A DNA stretch of 64,000 nt from an uncultured delta proteobacterium (GTDB taxonomy: Bacteria > Myxococcota_A > Polyangia > Polyangiales > Polyangiaceae): positions 352,001 through 416,000 of the forward strand of contig CAVQUB010000005.1 of NCBI GenBank assembly GCA_963716725.1. The letters are read 5' to 3'. Below, one piece after another: positions 1 to 9,049 of the stretch (position 1 is its first letter; every line of letters starts with the position of its first letter). The notes below the pieces were generated by a model. That model was not told where the DNA came from. It searched no databases and saw only the letters and a program-made list of their open reading frames with translations. A program made the position numbers and the translations under genes.

Positions 1-64
1 TTGTGGGCCGATGTATGTTTTTGTGCGTGCGCTCGATCTCGAAGGGCGCTACACCCTGCCCGAC

Positions 65-985
65 ATGGCAAACCGCATCCGCTTCTCGGGGCTCGCGGCG
101 CAGCTCGCCGCGCTGAGCATTCTCGTCACCGCAGCTTGCGCCGCGCCGACGTCGGTGGACGGCGAACAGGACGACGGACCTCCGCCGCCGCTCGCCGAGA
201 ACGGCTCCGGAAACAACGTCGCCACGGGCCTCGCGCCCGGCGCGGGCGGCTCGACGGCCACTGGCGGAGCCGCCGGCGAGGCGGGAGCGGGCGGCGCGCC
301 TGGTGGCGGCGGCGCGACGGCATCGGGTGGCGCACCGGCCACGACGACCCCGGGCCTCGAAGGCGCCTGGAACTTCGAGGACGTGGGCGTGACCACGACG
401 AAGGACCAGTCGGGACACGCCCACCACGGCGTGCTCGCCGGCAGCGGCGTCGGCATCGTCAACGGTGGCAAGGTCGGTTCGGCGGCCAGCTTCTCCGGTG
501 GAGACGGACGCGTCTCGATCACCTCGAACGCCAGCCTGGACTTCACGACTGCCGCCACCATCGAGCTCTGGGTCAAGCTCAGCAGCACGACGGCGGGAGC
601 CATCGTCGCTCGGCGGGGCGCGGGCGGAGACGGCGTGCGCATCGGCACCAGCCAGGGCAACGTGCAGGTCTCCTTCACCCGTCTGGGGATCGGCTCCGCG
701 ATCGTCACCAGTGATCCCGGCGCGCTCTCCAGCGGCTGGACTCACCTGGCGGTGGTCAACGACGGCTCGACGCTGAAGCTGTACATCGACGGAAAGCTGC
801 ATCGGACCGAGATCGGCGGCCAGCTCGGCTACGTGAACGGAGACCTCCTCGTTGGCAAGAGCGGCACCGATTCCGCGCTGAACGGCTACGTCGACGAGCT
901 CAAATGGTGGTCCGTCGCGCGCACCCCGCAGGAGATCTGTGGCGACGCTGCCGGCGCTTGGAACAACGGCGAATGCACGCTGTGA
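65..985 (+). CDS. Secreted or lipoprotein with LamG/concanavalin A-like domain
   Basis: Lipobox-like TAAC, Gly/Ala linker, then the LamG pattern (WNFED, TIELWVK, WTHLAVV, LYIDGK, GYVDELKWW). Start moved to ATG 65 within ORF 11..985. Confidence 0.8.
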   Translation: MANRIRFSGLAAQLAALSILVTAACAAPTSVDGEQDDGPPPPLAENGSGNNVATGLAPGAGGSTATGGAAGEAGAGGAPGGGGATASGGAPATTTPGLEGAWNFEDVGVTTTKDQSGHAHHGVLAGSGVGIVNGGKVGSAASFSGGDGRVSITSNASLDFTTAATIELWVKLSSTTAGAIVARRGAGGDGVRIGTSQGNVQVSFTRLGIGSAIVTSDPGALSSGWTHLAVVNDGSTLKLYIDGKLHRTEIGGQLGYVNGDLLVGKSGTDSALNGYVDELKWWSVARTPQEICGDAAGAWNNGECTL

Positions 986-1081
986 GCCGCATCCCGCGCC
1001 CACGCCCTTGGTGCTCCGCCCGCTGACCCCGCGGACTCGCGCCCTGAGCTGGGTGGCCACCGCCCCCAGGTCGAGCTGCCA

Positions 1082-1870
1082 GTGATCGAGATCGCCCTTC
1101 GTCCGATCGGCTTCGTCCGCTCGCCGTTCACGGAGCCCGCCCAGGCCCCACGGCAACCGGCTGCCGGGCAGGGCGTCGAGGCGACCATCGAGCTCTTGCC
1201 TGGGCGGGGCTTCGAGTTCGCCCTCGAGGACATCGAAGAGTGGCGCTACCTCTGGGTGTTGTTCTGGTTTCATCGCGCCGAGGGCTGGCGGCCCAAGGTG
1301 AGGCCCCCGCGCAGTCGTCGTCGTCGCGGTGTGTTTGCCACCCGATCGCCCCACCGGCCCAACCCCATTGGGCTCTCGGTTGTCGAGCTCGTGCGTGTGG
1401 AAGGGCTCACCCTCCACGTCCGAGACCTGGACATCCTGGACGGGTCGCCCGTGATCGATCTGAAGCCCTACGTCGCCTACTCGGACGCCGTCGCAGACGC
1501 TGGTGCCGGCTGGCTCGAGAGCGAGGCGCGGCAGGATCCGGGGCCGGTCTGGGAGGTGCGTTTCGAGCTGCGGGCGGCCGAGCAGGCGTCGTTCCTCTCG
1601 GAACGCTTCGGTATCGAGCTTCTCGATCCCGTGACCGCGGCGCTGTCTCTCGGGCCGGCGCCGCACCCCTATCGGCGCATTCGACGAGATGGGGAGACCT
1701 TCGTGCTCGCCCACAAGGAGTGGCGGGCCCGCTTCGTGGTGGAGGGCAAGACGGTTCGCGTGCGGGGCTTCGCCACTGGCTATCGCGCTCGCGAGGTCCA
1801 CAGCGCTGAGGTTGGCCAAGCGCACCGTGCCTTCGTCGAACGTTTCGGCTACCCCGGCGATGCCGGCTGA
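1082..1870 (+). CDS. trmO: tRNA (t6A37) N6-methyltransferase TrmO/TsaA
   Basis: PIGFVRSPF, GVFATRSPHRPNPIGLS and LDILDGSPVIDLKPY motifs. Confidence 0.92.
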   Translation: MIEIALRPIGFVRSPFTEPAQAPRQPAAGQGVEATIELLPGRGFEFALEDIEEWRYLWVLFWFHRAEGWRPKVRPPRSRRRRGVFATRSPHRPNPIGLSVVELVRVEGLTLHVRDLDILDGSPVIDLKPYVAYSDAVADAGAGWLESEARQDPGPVWEVRFELRAAEQASFLSERFGIELLDPVTAALSLGPAPHPYRRIRRDGETFVLAHKEWRARFVVEGKTVRVRGFATGYRAREVHSAEVGQAHRAFVERFGYPGDAG

Positions 1871-1994
1871 CAAAGTGTCGCGCCGCCCAAGAACGCGTGG
1901 CCGACGGGCGTCAGATTGTCTGGATGCCGACCGGACAAAACGCGAGATGAGCCAGAAATCCAGCTGGGCACGAGGCTTGCTCAGTGGTGCTTCG

Positions 1995-2375
1995 ATGTCT
2001 GGTCATGGTCGTCCCACGCAGAGCCGCGTCACTTGGCTCGAGCTCGTGCTGGGGGTGGGGATCACTGGCGTGGTGGTGGCCGGAGCCGTGTTTGCCTTCG
2101 CCCCGAGCGCGCAGCTGGGCGACGGCGATCTGGCGATCCGCGACGCCCAGCGCATCCGCGATGCCGCCGTCGAGTGGCGTGAGCGCGAGCCCACCGGGTG
2201 TCCGACGCTGACCCAGCTCAAGCACGAGCGAAGGCTCGCGTCCGATGCTCGCACCGACGATCCCTGGGGTGGGCGCTATCGCGTGGCCTGCTCCGGCAGT
2301 GGCGTCGTGGTGGTTTCGCCCGGACGCGACCAGACGCCCGGGACTGCCGACGACGTGCGGGTCCCGAAGGGCTGA
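1995..2375 (+). CDS. GspG-like pseudopilin
   Basis: Pilin-like VTWLELVLGVGI hydrophobic helix; DPWG..Y and SPGRD..GTADD motifs typical of the GspG C-terminus. Confidence 0.65.
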   Translation: MSGHGRPTQSRVTWLELVLGVGITGVVVAGAVFAFAPSAQLGDGDLAIRDAQRIRDAAVEWREREPTGCPTLTQLKHERRLASDARTDDPWGGRYRVACSGSGVVVVSPGRDQTPGTADDVRVPKG

Positions 2376-2378
2376 GGC

Positions 2379-3690
2379 TCAAGGCCGAGCCGGCAGCTCT
2401 CTTCGCGGCGCGCGCCCCGGGGGAGCGGTCAGCATGGCTCGAGACAGGTAGGGCGTCGCCAGCGGCACCAACTCGATGGACGAATCGAGCTGCTTGCCCA
2501 GCCCCTCGGCCACCAGCAGCGCGATGTTCACCACGGTGAACGAAGGATCGATCTGCACGCGGTGGCGCCGCAAGATGTTCATCATCCCGCTCACGGCCCG
2601 GCTGACCTCCACCTCGCCGAGCTTCTTGTGATAGAGGCCCGCCGAAATAGCTGACGACCTCGCCTTCGAAGGCGGCGTAGTCGGTGCCGATGACCGTCGG
2701 CGCGTGCATGTAGAAGAGCCGCGCGCACTCGGCGCCATCTTGCTGCGAGAGCGCGACGAAGGTCTCGACCCAGGGCCTGAGCAAGTCCGCGGGGATCTCG
2801 CTGACCATGCCGAGATCGATCAACACGACGCGGTCGTCGGGGGTCAGGATGATGTTCCCCGGGTGCAGATCGGCGTGCACGAATCCGTCGTTGAAGATCA
2901 TCTTCAGCACGGCTTCGCCGCCGAGGCGTGCCAGCCTTGCTCGATCGCCGCCGACCTTCTCGGGTTCGGTCGCCTTCACGCCTTCGACGAACTCCATGCA
3001 CAAAACGCGCTCGGTGCAGAGCTCTTCGTACAGCTTGGGCACGCTGACGCCGTCGACCTCGGCGAAGGCTTTGGCGAAGCGCCGGTTGTTGTCGGCCTCG
3101 CGCCGGAAGTCGAGTTGGCCGTGCAGCGCCTCGCCGAAACGCTCCACCGCTCCTGGCAGCGAGAGCATGCGCAGCGCCTCGAAGCGATCGAGCAACCTGG
3201 CCCAAAAGCTCAAGATCGCGAGGTCGCGCTCGATCTGCTTGGCCGCGTCGGGGCGCTGGACCTTCAGCGCAACGGTGTCGCCGGAGCGTAGCCGCGCGCG
3301 GTGCACCTGCGCGACGCTCGCGGCGGCGACCGGCAGCTCGTCAATCTCGGCGACAAGCTCCCGTTCTTTGTCCGCGCCGATCTCGGCGTCGAGCACCCGG
3401 CGCACGGCGGCGAAGGGCGCCGGCGGCACCGCGTCTTGAAGGCGAGCCAGCGGCCCGATGAAGCCGGGTCCGAGCAGATCGGGACGCGTGCTGGAGATCT
3501 GTCCGAACTTGATGAAGGTCGCGCCCAAACGCTGGAGTAGGTCTGCGACGACTTCGCCCCGCAATCTCTCGAGCTGCTCCGGGCCGATGCGTCCTGCCCA
3601 CGCCCGGCGCCACAGGTAGCGGAGTACGCCGATGGAGCAGGTCAGGAAGATGCGCGCGAAGCGCAGCCAGAGAGTGAGCAGACCGATCAC
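2379..3690 (-). CDS. ABC1/UbiB/AarF family kinase (frameshift near 2640)
   Basis: FIKFGQ..STRPD, AAASVAQVH, VALKVQRP, HADLHPGN, IDLGM. The C-terminus (..AEGLGKQLD..) continues in the 2379..2738 frame. Confidence 0.88.
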
Positions 3691-3693
3691 GAC

Positions 3694-4422
3694 TCACTGT
3701 GCGGGTTCGACCGCGTTGTCGCGGTCGGATTCCGGGGTTCCGGCCGCGCGCCGACCACACTGCCGCACCGCGATGACGATCAGCACCACGATGGCGATCA
3801 CCGCGTACCACTCCCAGCGGTGACGCGACCGCGGAGGTGCTCGCACCGAGACCGGCACGGCCCCTCGGTCCGGTCCGCTGCCGATCGCCGCTTGAATGGC
3901 GACCTGGTGGTGCTCTCGGCGCGCCGGCGGGGTCCCCTGGAACGTGATCCAGAACCACCCCGCGCGGGCCTCCGCTTCCCGCGACGCAGCGTACAACTGC
4001 ATCGCGGTGGGCAGCTCGGTTCGAAGCCAACCCGGCGCCGGAAACGTCGTGGTCTTGGTCGAGCATTGCCCGCACTCGAGGCTGTCGTCGGTGCCAGGCT
4101 CGACGAGCATGATCTCGCATCTGCACTTGTCGCAACGCGGAGCTCCCAGCGCGTAGCGCGCTGTCAGCTTGCCTTCCGCGGTCGCCTGCTCGGCCACCCG
4201 CGTGTCCGGATCGGAGTCCGGCAGGTCGAAGCTCTTCTCGTCGATCTCGCCGAAGAGTTGGGCCCAGGTCGTGCTTGCGAGCTCGACGGACTCGCCGCAG
4301 GCCGAGCACGCCAGGCGCAAGAGCGGCGCGCAGAACCCCACCGGGCGGTGGCAGGCCGCACATGAGGCTTCGATTTCCAGCCGGACGGGGCGCTGGAGGG
4401 CTGCCCGGGGCGCGCTCGACAT
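3694..4422 (-). CDS. Multi-CxxC zinc-ribbon protein with C-terminal TM helix
   Basis: Four CxxC pairs (CAAC, CSAC, CDKC, CGQC) and a hydrophobic segment WYAVIAIVVLIVIAV. Confidence 0.6.
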   Translation of the reverse strand: MSSAPRAALQRPVRLEIEASCAACHRPVGFCAPLLRLACSACGESVELASTTWAQLFGEIDEKSFDLPDSDPDTRVAEQATAEGKLTARYALGAPRCDKCRCEIMLVEPGTDDSLECGQCSTKTTTFPAPGWLRTELPTAMQLYAASREAEARAGWFWITFQGTPPARREHHQVAIQAAIGSGPDRGAVPVSVRAPPRSRHRWEWYAVIAIVVLIVIAVRQCGRRAAGTPESDRDNAVEPAQ

Positions 4423-4510
4423 CGAGTCGCATTGTATAGACCCATTCGAGCTTCCAGACAGCCAAAGAGTCGGGTAGCGGTGGGCGCTGGATGCCGTAGC
4501 ATTCCCTGGC

Positions 4511-5224
4511 GTGCGCCGACGTCGACCTCCTCTTTTCCTCGAGCCCGGCGGGCCGCTGTTCTTCCCCAACCCGGAAGCTCACGACGACGAAGGCCTGGTG
4601 GCCGTGGGCGGCGATCTGTCCCCGGCGCGGCTCCTACTCGCCTACGAGAGCGGGATCTTTCCCTGGTACGACGAGGGCATGCCGCCGCTCTGGTGGTCGC
4701 CCAATCCGCGGGCGGTGATCGAGCCAGAGCACCTCCACGTGTCGCGCAGCACCAAGCGAGTCATCCGTGCGTCGAGCTTCGAGCTCAGCTTCAACCGGGC
4801 CTTCGACGCCGTGATGCGCGCCTGCGCGGATCGCGAAGAAGGCACCTGGATCTTGCCGGAGATGCTGGCAGCGTACTCGGAGTTGCATCGCCTCGGTCAC
4901 GCCCATAGCTTCGAGGTTTGGGCCGACGGCGAGCTCGTGGGTGGGCTGTACGGGGTGCAGCGCGGTGGGCTGTTCGCCGCCGAGAGCATGTTCCACCGCG
5001 CGACCAACGCCTCGAAGCTGGCGCTGATCGCCGCGGTGAGAGCCGTGGTCGCCCGTGGGGTGCGACTCTTCGACACGCAGCTGCTCACGCCCCACCTCGA
5101 GTCCCTCGGAGCCTGCGCGATCCCCCGCCGCACCTACCTCGAGCGTCTGGCCCGCGCGAGGGGCCTGAGGGTGGACCTCTCCGGGATAGAACCGCTGGAA
5201 TTCATGCATGAAATCCAATCTTGA
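4511..5224 (+). CDS. aat: Leucyl/phenylalanyl-tRNA--protein transferase
   Basis: GGDLSP.RLL.AY..GIFPW, WWSP.PRAV, GTWI, AHSFEVW, ELVGGLYG, ESMF...NASK. Confidence 0.95.
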   Translation: MRRRRPPLFLEPGGPLFFPNPEAHDDEGLVAVGGDLSPARLLLAYESGIFPWYDEGMPPLWWSPNPRAVIEPEHLHVSRSTKRVIRASSFELSFNRAFDAVMRACADREEGTWILPEMLAAYSELHRLGHAHSFEVWADGELVGGLYGVQRGGLFAAESMFHRATNASKLALIAAVRAVVARGVRLFDTQLLTPHLESLGACAIPRRTYLERLARARGLRVDLSGIEPLEFMHEIQS

Positions 5225-5257
5225 TATTTCCGAGGAAACTAGTGCTAGATTAGCCTC

Positions 5258-6178
5258 GTGCAGCAGCCTCCGGGCCCTCGAGCTCTGACTCACCTCGCGC
5301 GCCTCGAGGCCGAGAGCATCCACATCATCCGGGAGGTCGCCGCCGAGTTCGACAACCCGGTCATGCTCTACAGCATCGGGAAGGACTCGGCGGTGATGGT
5401 CCACCTGGCGCGCAAGGCGTTCCACCCGGGTCCGTTGCCCTTTCCGCTGCTGCACATCGACACCACGTGGAAGTTCCGCGCGATGATCGAATTCCGGGAT
5501 CAGTTCTGCAAGGTGCTCGGGCTCGATCTCCGAGTGCACTCGAATCAGCAGGGGATCCACGAAGGCATCAACCCCTTCGACCACGGCAGTCAGAAGTACA
5601 CGACCGTGATGAAGACGCAGGCGCTGCTGCAGGCGCTGTCGGCGGGGGGCTACGACGCGGCCTTCGGGGGCGCGCGTCGTGACGAAGAGCGATCGCGTGC
5701 CAAGGAGCGCATCTACTCGTTCCGGGATCGCTTTGGCCAGTGGGATCCTAAGAACCAGCGGCCGGAACTCTGGAACCTGTACAACGCGAAGATCACGAAG
5801 GGCGAGAGCATTCGCGCCTTCCCGCTTTCGAATTGGACTGAGCTCGACGTTTGGCTCTACATCCACCTCGAAGAGATCCCGATCGTGCCGCTCTACTTCG
5901 CGGCAGAGCGCCCGGTGGTGGAGCGTGACGGGGCGCTGATCATGGTGGACGACGAGCGCATGCGCCTCCGGCCCGGCGAAGAGCCGCGACTCGAGAGCGT
6001 GCGCTTCCGCACCCTCGGCTGCTACCCGCTCTCGGGAGCCATCCGGTCATCGGCCACGACTCTGCCCGAGATCATCCGCGAAATGCTCTTGACCAAGCAC
6101 TCCGAGCGCCAAGGTCGCCTGATCGACTTCGACGAAGAAGGCTCGATGGAGACCAAGAAACGCGAAGGGTACTTCTGA
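5258..6178 (+). CDS. cysD: Sulfate adenylyltransferase subunit 2
   Basis: [50 protein letters not shown]. Confidence 0.97.
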   Translation: MQQPPGPRALTHLARLEAESIHIIREVAAEFDNPVMLYSIGKDSAVMVHLARKAFHPGPLPFPLLHIDTTWKFRAMIEFRDQFCKVLGLDLRVHSNQQGIHEGINPFDHGSQKYTTVMKTQALLQALSAGGYDAAFGGARRDEERSRAKERIYSFRDRFGQWDPKNQRPELWNLYNAKITKGESIRAFPLSNWTELDVWLYIHLEEIPIVPLYFAAERPVVERDGALIMVDDERMRLRPGEEPRLESVRFRTLGCYPLSGAIRSSATTLPEIIREMLLTKHSERQGRLIDFDEEGSMETKKREGYF

Positions 6179-6183
6179 GCGCC

Positions 6184-8037
6184 ATGGGCGACGACGAGCT
6201 GATCCAGTCCGACATCGACGAGTACCTGCGTCGTCACCAGCACAAGGCGCTCTTGCGTTTCGTCGCCGTCGGCTCGGTGGACGACGGGAAGTCCACGCTG
6301 ATCGGTCGCCTGCTGCACGACACACACGGCATCTACGAAGATCAGCTCAGCGCCGTCAAGCGCGCGACCAAACAGGGCAGCGACGAGATCGACTTCTCCC
6401 TCTTCACCGACGGGCTCAAGGCGGAGCGCGAGCAAGGCATCACCATCGACGTTGCCTACCGGTACTTCTCGACGGACAAACGCAAGTTCATCATCGCCGA
6501 CACGCCCGGGCACGTTCAGTACACCCGGAACATGGCTACCGGCGCCTCGACGGCCGACCTCGCCATCATCCTCATCGACGCGCGCCTCGGTGTCCTGCAG
6601 CAGTCGCGCCGCCACGCATTCATCGCGTCGCTTCTCGGGATACGGCACCTGTGTGTCTGCGTGAACAAGATGGACTTGGTCGCCTTCGACCAACAGGTCT
6701 ACGAGCACATCCGCGCGGAGTTCTCCCGCTTCGCCGGGCGTCTGGGCTTCGATCGAGTTGTCTTCATTCCGGTCAGCGCGCTCGCTGGCGACAACGTGGT
6801 CGACCGTAGCGCCCGGGCAGCGTGGTACTCGGGATCGACGCTGCTCGAGCACCTCGAGACCCTGAGCCTCGATGGCGCCGCGAACGAACGCTTCCGCTAT
6901 CCGGTCCAAGCCGTGCTTCGGCCGAACCTCGATTACCGGGCGTTTGCCGGGCAAATCGCCTCGGGCAGCGTGTCCGTCGGCGACGAGATCTTGGTCTTGC
7001 CGTCCCGAAAGCGTTCGCGCATCGCCGCCATCGACACCTTCGAAGGAGCGATCGAGCAGGCTCACGCGCCCATGAGCGTGGCGCTGCGGTTGACGGACGA
7101 GGTCGACGTCAGCCGGGGGGACATGCTGGTTCGACCGGACGAGCTGCCGACGGTGGCGCGTCGTTTCGAGGCGACCTTGGTCTGGATGAGCGAACGGGCG
7201 CTGGATCCCGAGCGCAGCTACTTCCTGAAACATTCGACGCAGTACGTGCGCGCGCAGATCGAGCGGGTCGTTCACACCATCGATCTCGAAACCCTCGAGC
7301 CCGTCCCGGCGACGCACCTGGAGCTGAACGACATCGGCCGCGTCGTGGTGTCTTGTCACCGACCCTTGTTCTTCGACCCTTACACCGAGAGCCGCGTCAC
7401 CGGTGCGTTCGTGCTGATCGACTCGATCACGAACAACACGGTTGCTTCTGGGATGATCGCGGCGGCGAGCGTGGGCGAGGCGGAGCGCGACGTCGGTGCT
7501 CCGATGAAGCGCCCGCGTTCGACGGTGAGCCGGGCCGAACGCCACGAACGGCTCGGGCAGTCCGGCGCTGCGATCTGGCTCTCGGGGCTGCCTGCGTCGG
7601 GGAAGAGCAGCATCGCCTACGCGCTGGAGCGCGTGCTCTTCGATCGCGGCAAGGTGGCCGTCGTGATGGACCCGAACGACGACGTGACGGGCGAGCTGGG
7701 GCCTGGCGGTGGCAGCCCGCCTCACGCGCCGGAGGTCGCGCGTCGCATGGTGGATGCGGGGCTGATCGGCATCTTTGCCTTCGAATCGCCGCTGGCCACC
7801 GACCGCGCGCAGATCCGCGAGCTGGTGGGCGCGCTGCGCTACTTCGAGGTGCACGTAGCGACCCCCTTGGCGACCTGCCGCGCTCGCGACACGCACGGCG
7901 CCTACGACGTCGCGCACGGGACGCCGGCGTTCGAGCCACCGGCGGCCCCGGATCTGGTCGTGTCCGCAGGCACCGACGACGCGGACGCCATCGCCGGGGC
8001 GATCTACCGCGCTCTCGAAGCCAAGGGCCTGGTGTGA
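6184..8037 (+). CDS. cysN: Sulfate adenylyltransferase subunit 1 fused to a divergent APS-kinase-like domain
   Basis: GSVDDGKST, EREQGITIDVAYRYF, DTPGH, NKMD; C-terminal WLSGLPASGKS P-loop. Confidence 0.95.
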   Translation: MGDDELIQSDIDEYLRRHQHKALLRFVAVGSVDDGKSTLIGRLLHDTHGIYEDQLSAVKRATKQGSDEIDFSLFTDGLKAEREQGITIDVAYRYFSTDKRKFIIADTPGHVQYTRNMATGASTADLAIILIDARLGVLQQSRRHAFIASLLGIRHLCVCVNKMDLVAFDQQVYEHIRAEFSRFAGRLGFDRVVFIPVSALAGDNVVDRSARAAWYSGSTLLEHLETLSLDGAANERFRYPVQAVLRPNLDYRAFAGQIASGSVSVGDEILVLPSRKRSRIAAIDTFEGAIEQAHAPMSVALRLTDEVDVSRGDMLVRPDELPTVARRFEATLVWMSERALDPERSYFLKHSTQYVRAQIERVVHTIDLETLEPVPATHLELNDIGRVVVSCHRPLFFDPYTESRVTGAFVLIDSITNNTVASGMIAAASVGEAERDVGAPMKRPRSTVSRAERHERLGQSGAAIWLSGLPASGKSSIAYALERVLFDRGKVAVVMDPNDDVTGELGPGGGSPPHAPEVARRMVDAGLIGIFAFESPLATDRAQIRELVGALRYFEVHVATPLATCRARDTHGAYDVAHGTPAFEPPAAPDLVVSAGTDDADAIAGAIYRALEAKGLV

Positions 8038-8053
8038 GCCCTCGCCCGCGGAG

Positions 8054-8111
8054 TGTCTCGAATTGAGGCAGGCGATCCGGGGTCGCGCGTCGGGTGTTTC
8101 GATCTGAGCCA
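8054..8111. promoter_or_regulatory. Two imperfect palindromes, candidate enhancer-binding-protein sites
   Basis: TGTCTCG-AAT-TGAGGCA (8054-8070) and TGTTTCG-ATC-TGAGCCA (8095-8111), 41 bp apart, upstream of a sigma-54 promoter. Confidence 0.6.
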
Positions 8112-8139
8112 CCCAGCGCGCGGTTTTGCCACCTGCGGG

Positions 8140-8155
8140 TGGCACGACCCCTGCA
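8140..8155 (+). promoter_or_regulatory. Sigma-54 -24/-12 promoter
   Basis: TGGCACGACCCCTGCA versus consensus TGGCACG-N4-TTGCW. Confidence 0.75.
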
Positions 8156-8167
8156 GAGCCTTAGCGC

Positions 8168-9031
8168 GTGGTGCGTGCACACAGTCGCTGGTTCCTGTTG
8201 GTGGTCTGCGGATCCTCGCTCCTTGCGTGCGGGGATGACGAGCGTCCGAAGGGGGCGGGTGCCGTGGGCGGAGGCTCCGGCAGCGGTGCGACGGGCGGCA
8301 GCGCCAGCGGCGGTGCGACCGGCGGGGGTGCCGGAGCAGCGGGGACTGGCGGAACCGCTGGAACTGGCGGAACCGGCGCCGCGGGCGCGGCAGGCGCGTC
8401 GGGTTCAGGGAGCGGCGGCGCTTCGGAGGGTGGAGTGCCGCCCGTGGATTCGGCCTGCCAAAAGAGCGTGGCCTTCTGGGCAACCGGCGCGTCGTTCACC
8501 TTCCCGACCCCGAAGAGCCTGGCCGCAGCCCTCGGCGAGCTGACCTTTGACTACGAGCAGCACCCCGTCACAGTAGTGCTGCTGACTCAGAGTGGCGGGG
8601 GCATGACGCTAGCGGTCAGCGCCACCGAGCAACAGCCGGGGGGATTCGCCGAGGTCTTCGTTCCGGGTCAGAAGCCTGGCTTCGTTCCCGCGACGGTGAC
8701 CGCCGGCGGGTTCGCGACCGGCGCGTCCCAGGCCCAAGGCTGGTTGAAGGTGAAGGACCAGTCGGGGATCAAGCAGATCGAGCTGTCCAACATCGAGCTG
8801 TCGGTCAGCACGAGCAACCAGTGCAGCGTGCTGGTGGGCGTGCTCACGGCCGTCATTCCCATCTCGCAGGGTGCCATCACCCTCGAGCTCGACAGCGGGA
8901 GCACGAGCATCGCCGCGCTGGTTGGGGGAGCTGCGGACGGCGGCCAGATCCCGGATGGCGGGACCTTGGGCTGGAACCTGCGGCTGCTGTTCTCCGCCGA
9001 GTCCACGGACTTCGACTTCACCTCACTCTGA
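8168..9031 (+). CDS. Gly-rich-linker lipoprotein
   Basis: LLAC lipobox, GGS/GGT linker, beta-rich C-terminal domain. Confidence 0.75.
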   Translation: MVRAHSRWFLLVVCGSSLLACGDDERPKGAGAVGGGSGSGATGGSASGGATGGGAGAAGTGGTAGTGGTGAAGAAGASGSGSGGASEGGVPPVDSACQKSVAFWATGASFTFPTPKSLAAALGELTFDYEQHPVTVVLLTQSGGGMTLAVSATEQQPGGFAEVFVPGQKPGFVPATVTAGGFATGASQAQGWLKVKDQSGIKQIELSNIELSVSTSNQCSVLVGVLTAVIPISQGAITLELDSGSTSIAALVGGAADGGQIPDGGTLGWNLRLLFSAESTDFDFTSL

Positions 9032-9049
9032 AGGGCTGGAACGAACGCC

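Noticed and set aside
2630..2650. Programmed ribosomal frameshift in the ABC1 kinase or other split genes
   Set aside because: No slippery heptamer is evident, and the many similar breaks favour sequencing error.
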